From NCBI GenBank assembly GCA_016839365.1, contig JAEOUH010000031.1, forward strand, positions 1 through 30,832: a stretch of 30,832 bases of DNA. The letters are read 5' to 3'. The translations under genes were made by a program, and so were the position numbers. This stretch comes from Candidatus Hermodarchaeota archaeon (GTDB lineage: Archaea > Asgardarchaeota > Hermodarchaeia > Hermodarchaeales > Hermodarchaeaceae). Below, piece after piece: positions 1-7,893 of this stretch. The notes under the pieces are model-generated. The model had not been told where the DNA came from and did no database searches. It saw only the letters and a program-made list of their open reading frames with translations. How positions within the stretch are numbered: the stretch's first letter is position 1; each line of letters starts with the position of its first letter.

Positions 1-1054
1 CGGCCAAGTAGATGATATAGAACACAATCATGGCCCCATAAACGGTCATGAGGTTCGGGAAAAAGACTAGCGTTAGACCTAACTCGGTGAGAACCTGCAG
101 GGTAATGAGTCCGCTAGCGATGATCAGATAGCCGATGAATCCAGGAAGGAGGACGATTCGAGACTTAATCCGACTGATCTCTACCCATCGTGGTGGAGGG
201 TCACGGAAGTACCAGACTAGAGCGAGAACACCGAAGATGATTCCAATGAGTATCAGAACCATCAGAATTCCTGCATAAATCAGGAGTAGATTGAAATCGT
301 CGAGACTAATGAGGATAAGTTCAATGAAAGCGATGCCATTGATGAATCCGTGGATAATCATTGGGTAGATGACATTCCGGGTAAATACATAGACAAAGCC
401 CAGAAATAGGCCAGTGGTGAAGGTTGTGATGAAGTGAGTCAAGAAGAAGCCAAAACCACCGTTGATTAGATCGTTGGGGACATGGATGAGGGAGAACCCG
501 AGGCTTGAAGCAATAACCGCTGCAGTAGGTGCCATGCCTCGGAGTTCAAGGGCGGGGATGAGCATCCGTCGAAAGAGGAGTTCTTCGTAGATCGCGGCGC
601 CAAACACTGCGAAGGCGAATAAGAGGACGAGATTCCAGGGGTTAGATAGGTGTTCGGGGCCAAGGATGAAACCTGTGTATGAACTATCAACTGGTATGCC
701 AAAGGCGGTTAACAGGAAAAACAGAGCTAGCGCTAGTCCCATGGATGCCGTTAAGGCTAGGCAAGCAATGCCTAGGACTTTGATGGTTCGGGATATGGTG
801 GGGGTTTGGGTTTCAACTTGTTTCAGTTTAAAGAGGGGAATGAGGACAACAAATATGATGATGATACCGATGATTTGGCCAACCAGGTTAATTTGGACAT
901 TCGCCATGATTTGATCCGGTATAAGAACGGGGACAAAATAATGAAGTACAACAAGACTCAATGCTCCAATCGAAAGGACAAGGATTCCAATCATAACCAA
1001 GATTGCGGGGCTGAGAAAGTTAAGGAAGCCTTCGTCACGTTCAACGATTTCCAA
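1..1054 (-). CDS. CPBP (CAAX/Rce1-like, Abi) family intramembrane metalloprotease; 3' end runs off the window
   Basis: Not in the ORF track. Manual translation from TTG at 1054 (AGGTGAG RBS just upstream; in-frame TGA at 1061-1063 bounds it) gives a multi-TM protein with the CPBP motifs YEELLFRR, FSLIH and IIHGFIN. Confidence 0.9.
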   Translation of the reverse strand, partial: MEIVERDEGFLNFLSPAILVMIGILVLSIGALSLVVLHYFVPVLIPDQIMANVQINLVGQIIGIIIIFVVLIPLFKLKQVETQTPTISRTIKVLGIACLALTASMGLALALFFLLTAFGIPVDSSYTGFILGPEHLSNPWNLVLLFAFAVFGAAIYEELLFRRMLIPALELRGMAPTAAVIASSLGFSLIHVPNDLINGGFGFFLTHFITTFTTGLFLGFVYVFTRNVIYPMIIHGFINGIAFIELILISLDDFNLLLIYAGILMVLILIGIIFGVLALVWYFRDPPPRWVEISRIKSRIVLLPGFIGYLIIASGLITLQVLTELGLTLVFFPNLMTVYGAMIVFYIIYLA

Positions 1055-1206
1055 ATCAACTCACCTACATACAGCGAATGTTAATTCTGGCTTAAAAGAG
1101 GAGCTAACGTTTTAATTAATATGTTTAAGGCAGCATCGCCTCTCCAGAAAATCGCAACTCATGGATTCAATTCTCTCATTTCATCCAATGGTCTCAACCG
1201 AACCGG

Positions 1207-2778
1207 CTACTTAATCTGCATCCAGAACCGTGTAATATCATCAGCAAGATGAGTAGATAGAAGACCTCGAAAGGAGAGTTCTTTCACACCTTCGAGAAAT
1301 AGGTCAATTCGTTTCTTGTGTTTTAGCTTGTTATTCCGGAACGCCTGTCGATCCAAACGTTCTCGAAATCCGTTGTTTCTAAGCATCTCAAAGCGTATCA
1401 AATCCTCTAGTGCTCCACAGAAGGTATCATTGTAGAGTTCTACGTTGAAGGCTTTCACCGGAGGAACATTCTTAATTTGTTTCCAATGAATGGGAGATTC
1501 TGGATGTAGAAGTTTCAAAGGTGGGATAATCCCATAATGGGTTGGATTGATTGACTTGACGATAAAGACGGGTATCATAATTTCTACTACTTCATTGTTC
1601 CCTCGCAAACCATTGGTCTTTGCAGTGATTTCCATAAATTGATTGAACTGCTTTTCCAATGTAGAACTGATGTCGTGAAGAGTCTGAATAAGTTCGGGAT
1701 AACTCCCCAAAATTCGCTGCCGCAGGCTTACAAGAATGCTTAGCTTGGAATCGGCCACGGGAATACTGCTCTTGTATACAGGTAATGTAGGATATTCTGA
1801 CGCTGAGCTCAACAACCCATTATGGTGAAGGCCCTTTTGTTCTTGTTCATGGATTGATAACCAGCGACGTTCCGCTTCCTCGAGTTGGGAGAACGCAACA
1901 TCTAACTCTATTGATGTCTGTTGTAGTGATTTACGAAAATCTTGTGCGAGGATTTTTGGCTGGATTAAGTCGTTCGGATTTTCTTGAAAAATTAAGTCAG
2001 TCTTAGTGGGACTTGCATCCATTTGTAGAATATATTGTCGACATTGACTAGTAGCGAACTTCAAGATATTCTCCAGACGATTTAGAAGCTGTGACATGTC
2101 CAATTCTGCAGCCGTACTTTGGTGAATTTTCAACCGTTCTTCGTTAATGTATTGCAACTGGACTTCGATGTACTTGTTAATAGCATCCAACATATGCACT
2201 AAATGCTCATGACAATGTTCAAGTCGTTGGATCTCTTCACGGACTGTCTCTCCGAGGATTCTTACAACCTCTGAATCGAGGTTTGTCTCCATAATTCGTT
2301 TCTTCGAGGGGGGTGGTAATGAAGAATCAATGAGTTGACAAATGGGGTGAATCATTGAAGGTTTCATAAGATTGGGCAGACTAAGGCTAGTCGGATCCAG
2401 ATTCTTAACTAACTTCTCTAAATTAGCAATCAAGCGGGGTACTTGCTCTACATTATCAACATGACTCAAGAGATTTTCAAAGGCTTCTGGAGGCAGCACT
2501 GTTACATTCTTGATTCTCGTCGTCGAATTCCCAACCCCACTAACAAGAAGACTCTGAGTGGCATTGATCCCAACAACATAGATTGGCACATACAGCTTCG
2601 AAATATAGGCTAATCGTAAAGGCGCTCGAGTTTGCTTTCGCAAGTATGTCACTGCAACAACCAAATCAGCTTCTGAGGTGACACCCTGCTTCGTTTTTCC
2701 TGGTTCCCACACCCATCGCGTTTTCGGTTCTTGGCTTAAAGTGGAATGAAAAAATTTCGCCACTTTAACCTCAGTCAA
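1207..2778 (-). CDS. Hypothetical protein with long central coiled coil (about 523 aa)
   Basis: The long ORF is 1207..2823. TTG at 2778 is the preferred start because it follows GGAGGT and overlaps the upstream stop (2771-2773). The centre is helical and rich in Q/E/L, flanked by globular ends. Confidence 0.8.
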   Translation of the reverse strand: MTEVKVAKFFHSTLSQEPKTRWVWEPGKTKQGVTSEADLVVAVTYLRKQTRAPLRLAYISKLYVPIYVVGINATQSLLVSGVGNSTTRIKNVTVLPPEAFENLLSHVDNVEQVPRLIANLEKLVKNLDPTSLSLPNLMKPSMIHPICQLIDSSLPPPSKKRIMETNLDSEVVRILGETVREEIQRLEHCHEHLVHMLDAINKYIEVQLQYINEERLKIHQSTAAELDMSQLLNRLENILKFATSQCRQYILQMDASPTKTDLIFQENPNDLIQPKILAQDFRKSLQQTSIELDVAFSQLEEAERRWLSIHEQEQKGLHHNGLLSSASEYPTLPVYKSSIPVADSKLSILVSLRQRILGSYPELIQTLHDISSTLEKQFNQFMEITAKTNGLRGNNEVVEIMIPVFIVKSINPTHYGIIPPLKLLHPESPIHWKQIKNVPPVKAFNVELYNDTFCGALEDLIRFEMLRNNGFRERLDRQAFRNNKLKHKKRIDLFLEGVKELSFRGLLSTHLADDITRFWMQIK

Positions 2779-3331
2779 CGGGGAACCTCCCCAAGGGATA
2801 AGTCGTCGGATATGGAGAGCCATTTAGAGATAAAGAAAAAAGAAAAGCCTTGTCTCCACCTTTCGGCATAAGGTAGTCGCAGTAGTAGTCCTTACAGCAT
2901 GTAATTCTGTCTTGGTCACTCCATTGCATACAGGTCGTTTCAGTGGTTCCAGTGTCCTTTACCCATGTAAATGAGTATTGGCCAATTGGTCCACATAGGT
3001 TGATCTCGCCCAGACAGGAAGTCAGGTACCACCCGACTGGAATCCAATGCGCTGTGCCACATTCATAGCTGAGGTATTCTACATAAATCCACGCATCTAC
3101 AAGTGGCTCATAATAGGTGTCAGGATATGCGTTCCAGCAGTCGATTTCCCAAGCGAAAGCTTTAGTGAATTGTTTACCGGGTGGAGACGAGCATTTTTGA
3201 ACAGATTCTAAGGGGGTTGTGGAATTTATGGAGTGAATATTTGCCGATTTAGAGGGACTGAGTGATAGGACTAGGCAGAAGAGAATAAAAGCAGAGACAA
3301 GGATAACTAAAGTAACTTTGTTTCTCTCCAT
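2771..3331 (-). CDS. Secreted/membrane-anchored Cys-rich beta-rich protein
   Basis: N-terminal basic plus hydrophobic signal/anchor, a Ser/Thr linker, then an aromatic beta-strand pattern with 9 Cys in the mature part. Confidence 0.75.
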   Translation of the reverse strand: MERNKVTLVILVSAFILFCLVLSLSPSKSANIHSINSTTPLESVQKCSSPPGKQFTKAFAWEIDCWNAYPDTYYEPLVDAWIYVEYLSYECGTAHWIPVGWYLTSCLGEINLCGPIGQYSFTWVKDTGTTETTCMQWSDQDRITCCKDYYCDYLMPKGGDKAFLFSLSLNGSPYPTTYPLGRFPVD

Positions 3332-3368
3332 TTATTTTTTCATTTTATTGACTGGGTTTTTTGTTTTA

Positions 3369-3480
3369 GGTGGAGACTATGTAGGCGGCAAGCCTACTCC
3401 CTACTCCACTGGTAAGGCCCTTGGTCCCGCCCTACGTAACTGATGCCTAGAATCTTGCCTCGATCCAGTACCTCACTGGC
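3369..3480. other. GC-rich structured element upstream of the 3331 start (possible cis-regulatory RNA)
   Basis: Nested stems GTGGAG(3370-3375)/CTCCAC(3404-3409) and GTAGGC(3381-3386)/GCCTAC(3392-3397); second hairpin CCAGT(3465-3469)/ACTGG(3475-3479). Flanks are very AT-rich. Confidence 0.4.
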
Positions 3481-4127
3481 ATTTAGAGCTGTTGTTTTAA
3501 AAAAATATATTGGTTGCCTGGAAATCTAGTCTTTAATGCCTTTATAGTAAAGATTCAGCTATTCCTTTTGATTTAATGCGTCATTATCTTTTATTACATA
3601 TAATGAATATTTTTAATAGAAATATACGGTTATACACGTTAATTAGTACCACTCTTCTCCGATAAGAAATGATTATTATCTAATAGTTATACTACTTTTA
3701 AAAACGATTAATAATATCTATCGTAATTTTCGTATATTTTAACAAAAACTACTAATCTGGAACTTAATAGATTCACAGAAGATATGATATTATAAAAGTA
3801 TGAATGTAAATAATAAAAATTAATTCTTATTAAGACCTATATTATTAACATCATAATAACATAAATAACGCATTAAAGAAAATATAAAAGACTAATTAAA
3901 AAATTAACTGCATCAAACACAACATTTTTACTGCCCTAAAGCGCGTTCAAGTATGTAAGCTTTATATTTGCTTACTTTGGTTGCTACGAGGTAACGAATG
4001 ATCTGGCTCTTCATATCAGCGAAAACCAGTACCTCTCCCCCAACAAGGGGACGTGTTTTCAGAAGTGTCAAATCCGTTAAAACCGCAGCAACTCCTTCCT
4101 TCTACGTTTCTTCTCAATAGTGGCACA

Positions 4128-4595
4128 TCATGTCCCTTTTCGTTCACTAACAGGAATTTTCAATCGATAGGGATCTGAGCGAAGGTAGAAATTATTCTCT
4201 TCGTTTTGAGCTTCGATATGATATTGGAGAACCAAATAAGGACGCAAGGGTCGAGCTAAATGGGGCCGAAATATCGCTGAGAACAGATATCGCTTTTTTC
4301 CTTGGCTAGGAATATGGTGTTTAGCTATTCGGAATGTCGAATCAACGACTGAGGTTAAACGGCTTCCTCTCATCATTTTAGCCGTTTTTTCTCTGAAGAC
4401 CATTACCTCAGAGGGCGACTCAACACGAACAGCAAGTTCAACTGGATGGTCGTATTGGTTCCAGATTTCAAATTGGAAACGATAAGGTACGGTTCGACTT
4501 CGAGGAAGACTCGCCAAAGATTTAACCGAAGTGATATTCCAACTGATTTTTTGAAGCCCTGATTGATCCAAGATAAGCTGGGAGGATTTCCTCAT
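4128..4595 (-). CDS. Hypothetical cytoplasmic protein, probable Ig-like beta-sandwich
   Basis: 155-aa ORF with alternating hydrophobic strands (YRFQFEIWN, VELAVRVE, YLFSAIF, LVLQYHI); no signal peptide. Confidence 0.65.
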   Translation of the reverse strand: MRKSSQLILDQSGLQKISWNITSVKSLASLPRSRTVPYRFQFEIWNQYDHPVELAVRVESPSEVMVFREKTAKMMRGSRLTSVVDSTFRIAKHHIPSQGKKRYLFSAIFRPHLARPLRPYLVLQYHIEAQNEENNFYLRSDPYRLKIPVSERKGT

Positions 4596-4698
4596 TTCAA
4601 CTCCACAATCCCGGTCAGTTCAGCAAAAGACCTAACACGAAGCAGATATGTAGTATAAGATATGGGTAGCTTTTGAGTGCTTTTATTGAAAACATTCA

Positions 4699-5244
4699 TC
4701 ATGCGATACTTTCGAGGATAAGTGGAGCCAGAAAGAAAAAGGGCTTAACGACGTTCATCCCGGTTTTCGCACTCGTTTCCACATAGGTGATTTCATTTGC
4801 AGTTGCAAAATCTTGGATTTGTTCTGCCGTAACAGCTGAGTGAAGATCAGCCTTGTTACCCACAAACACCATCGGAATGTCACCACAGGCTTGTTTTACT
4901 TCATTCATCCAGAAGTTCAACCGCTCAAAACTTTCAGTGTTTGTCAAATCGAAAACGAGGACCGCACCCCGAGCACCTAGATAATATTTCTTCCGCACAG
5001 GGCCAAATCGTTCTTGCCCCGCTGTGTCCCATACAGTGAACCGTAGGGTCGTATTTCTAACATTGATGTCCTGGACAAAGAAATTTACTCCTAAGGTGAT
5101 GATATAGCTAGGGTTGAACACACCTTTGACAAAGCGAACAATCAGGCTGGTTTTCCCCACTGCCGCATCCCCCACTACCACGATTTTCGCTCGGTAGGAA
5201 TAATCGCGTTTCTCCGAATGGTATTCAGAAGGGTGAGAAGTCAT
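4699..5244 (-). CDS. Rab-like small GTPase (Ras superfamily)
   Basis: G1 GDAAVGKTS, G2 ITLGVNF, G3 WDTAGQERF, G4 GNKAD, G5 ETSAK; RabF-like YYLGA and LVFDLT; no C-terminal Cys motif. Confidence 0.96.
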   Translation of the reverse strand: MTSHPSEYHSEKRDYSYRAKIVVVGDAAVGKTSLIVRFVKGVFNPSYIITLGVNFFVQDINVRNTTLRFTVWDTAGQERFGPVRKKYYLGARGAVLVFDLTNTESFERLNFWMNEVKQACGDIPMVFVGNKADLHSAVTAEQIQDFATANEITYVETSAKTGMNVVKPFFFLAPLILESIA

Positions 5245-6059
5245 AGAAGTTCCATCACCAGCTTTTGTTGCAAACCATACTCCTCAATACGTTTTTGCTC
5301 CGCTTTTATCAAAGGCACATAATATTCGAAGAAGAGGGCTTCATAACTTTCTCGACGTCGTGTCCGTCGAGCAATAGCAACCAACTCCTTCAAGATGACA
5401 CTCAAGATATCATCCAGACCTTGTAAATTAACCCTATCAGGATCAACTTGGTCAAAGGAAATGCCACTATATTTGTCAAGGGTAACTGGCTGTAGCGCTC
5501 GATCTGCTTTGAGATGGGTGGAAAGGATGCGTTGGATATCAGTAAAATGCATTTCAAGGGAACGTTCAGAAATCACTTTCTGTAAGGTGATGTTATAAAA
5601 TTGGGTGAATATATCGAAGAGGTCCACGACCTTAGCAGTCCGAAGAGAGGCCTCGCCGGTTTCCCAGTGGGAGATAAGACTGTCCACTAATTCATCAAAC
5701 ACTTTTGTCCGTTGTGGATCACGTTGATAAACCGGGATATGTGAGGAGGCATCTGAGAAGTTTTCGAGGAACCGGATGTGCAACATATCTAAGTATTCCC
5801 CAAATCGTGTGGGATCATCAATTAAATCGGTGATAAACACAAGCAATATGCTGTTTTCATTATCGACTTTGAAGAAAAACCGAGAATCTTTCATAGTCAC
5901 CATATCAACGTGCTGCTCAGTCACCTTCATTGCCAACAGTTCCACACTAGCAAGTAATCCTGATAACAAAGTGGGGTTTTCGGTGACTTCGACCCAGGTC
6001 CGACTATAGAGGGGTTGTCCGGAATCCCATGCAATGACGTAGAAACTATGAATAGCCAT
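5241..6059 (-). CDS. Longin-domain protein with C-terminal helical extension
   Basis: N-terminal pattern IHSFYVI..SGQPLYSR..NPTLLSGLLASV..VDMVTM..ILLVFITD..RFLENF is typical of longin folds. Stop overlaps the GTPase start (ATGA). Confidence 0.8.
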   Translation of the reverse strand: MAIHSFYVIAWDSGQPLYSRTWVEVTENPTLLSGLLASVELLAMKVTEQHVDMVTMKDSRFFFKVDNENSILLVFITDLIDDPTRFGEYLDMLHIRFLENFSDASSHIPVYQRDPQRTKVFDELVDSLISHWETGEASLRTAKVVDLFDIFTQFYNITLQKVISERSLEMHFTDIQRILSTHLKADRALQPVTLDKYSGISFDQVDPDRVNLQGLDDILSVILKELVAIARRTRRRESYEALFFEYYVPLIKAEQKRIEEYGLQQKLVMELL

Positions 6060-6353
6060 TACACTCTACCCAACACAGTAAAGTCGTTGTCCAAATCCTG
6101 CCTAAGCTACCTTTGTTCTTCCTAAATAAACTGTACCCCTCTTAACAATTCCTTTCCTTGTGCATTTTGAAATGCTTAATACTTGTTAGGAGTTGAAAAG
6201 CAATAAGATAACTCAATGAAATTAATGAATTTAATGGGTTCTTTCCGGAATTGTACACGACAAAAAGCGGAAAATCGGCAAGTCCGATTAAAGTCGAGAG
6301 TATAATAAAATAAACAAGAAAAATAAAAGGAACATCCATAGAATATCAAAACC

Positions 6354-7121
6354 TTGGTGATAACCCTGCTCACTCCTAAAGAAATTAGGCTCATTGAACA
6401 TGCAGCTTGTCGTGCTTGGCCTGCTAAGCACACCAAAGAGTATGGAGGATGGTTATTCCGAGCAACTGACGGCATCACCCGTCGTGCTAACAGTGTATTG
6501 CCACTTGGATCCCCGGAAGGTCAAAACCTCGAAGCGTCCCTAGAAGCCACTCGTAAGTTCTACCGGCAACATCGTTTACCCGTCCGGTTTCAAATGACCG
6601 TCGCCAGCCAACCCCCCGAGCTGGAGCCATTCCTTGAAAGAGCGGGACTAATCATTGATATGCGCGTCAAAGTTTTAACCGCCCCTTTGGCGGAGATCTT
6701 TATCCATGATCCCCAAATAGGTATTGTCGTCTTTGGGTCCCCCTGGAAGGATTGGTTTGCTGCATATCGTGATGCTTCAGGTTTCAGTAAGGAACAGATG
6801 ACTGTACGTGAGGGGATCATTGAACGAATCACCACTGAGAAGGCCTGTGCAGCTGCCATCATGGATGACCAAGTTGTTGGTATTGGACTCGCCGTATTAG
6901 ACCAAGAATGGTTGGGGCTATTTTCATTAATTACTAAGGAACGGTATCGGAAACGAGGTGTGGCTTCGACCATTACACAAAGTCTGATCAGTTGGGGACT
7001 CGTTCGAGGTGCGAAGTGGGGGTATTTACAAGTTGAAGAGGAAAATATTCCCGCTCAAAAACTGTACTATGGCCTGGGATTCACAGATGCTTATTCGTAT
7101 TGGTATCGAGTCGAAACGTAA
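6354..7121 (+). CDS. GNAT family N-acetyltransferase
   Basis: Acetyl-CoA motif RYRKRGVAS, plus YLQVEEEN.PA..LY..LGF; N-terminal AWPA..GGW..TRRANS block. Confidence 0.92.
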   Translation: MVITLLTPKEIRLIEHAACRAWPAKHTKEYGGWLFRATDGITRRANSVLPLGSPEGQNLEASLEATRKFYRQHRLPVRFQMTVASQPPELEPFLERAGLIIDMRVKVLTAPLAEIFIHDPQIGIVVFGSPWKDWFAAYRDASGFSKEQMTVREGIIERITTEKACAAAIMDDQVVGIGLAVLDQEWLGLFSLITKERYRKRGVASTITQSLISWGLVRGAKWGYLQVEEENIPAQKLYYGLGFTDAYSYWYRVET

Positions 7122-7312
7122 TTGAACCATTTGTACCAACTTTTCTGTTTCACATCAAAACCTTGCGGAAGAAAACATTCGTGTTATTGTCTGTTTTTCA
7201 CGAAGAATCACAACCTTAAGCGTATTTTGGTCATTCTCGACACACAATTCTGTCGAAATCGAAACACTCAAAGCGCACCATCAGGAAATTACTCGTATTG
7301 GAGGATGTTGCG

Positions 7313-7717
7313 TTGAATATTGAGCAGCGCATCGAGGAGCTAATTAAAGAACTGGGCAATCCTGGTCGAGAAGCCCTTCAAGCCAGTACCGCCTTATCAG
7401 AAATTGGAGCCCTTGCTGTAATGCGCTTGGTTCGTGTCATCAAGGAAGAAGACGATGATTATGCACGAAAGCTGGCAGCACTTTCATTGGGACGAATTGG
7501 ACAACCAGCCATGGAACCCCTCTTGGAGTCCATTCAAAGCAATGACCCGGAGGAACGACGCTACGCAGTAGAAGCATTAAGTCATATGCGGTCTGAACCT
7601 CGGGTCCTGGGAGCCATCTTCCAAGCCCGTAAGGACCCAGATGATCAAGTGCGGCAAGCGGCATGGCGCGCCCTAGAAAGATACCCCCCTCAATACATGG
7701 AAAGACGCGATGCTTAA
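7313..7717 (+). CDS. HEAT (PBS lyase-like) repeat protein
   Basis: Repeats RKLAALSLGRIG, RRYAVEALS and DPDDQVRQAAWRAL; TTG at 7313 follows GGAGG (7300-7304). Confidence 0.88.
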   Translation: MNIEQRIEELIKELGNPGREALQASTALSEIGALAVMRLVRVIKEEDDDYARKLAALSLGRIGQPAMEPLLESIQSNDPEERRYAVEALSHMRSEPRVLGAIFQARKDPDDQVRQAAWRALERYPPQYMERRDA

Positions 7718-7893
7718 CTGTATTGAAAAAGGTGCTTAGATCCTAGCCCACCCAAGTGAATGGCATCTGCATTCATTTCGTTTTCTGCAGCCTTTTAAAC
7801 CCATTATACAAGGCCTGAATAAATATGACGTTAAACACATAAAAGTAAGGTCCCCTTCTAGGTGCACTAATACAAATCCTTGAGGGATAGGTA

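Noticed and set aside
3928-4071. 47-codon minus-strand ORF (TTG start, ...MKSQIIRYLVATKVSKYKAYILERALGQ) after the Ig-like gene
   Set aside because: Short, with no recognisable motif and poorly spaced RBS; cannot be supported without homologs.
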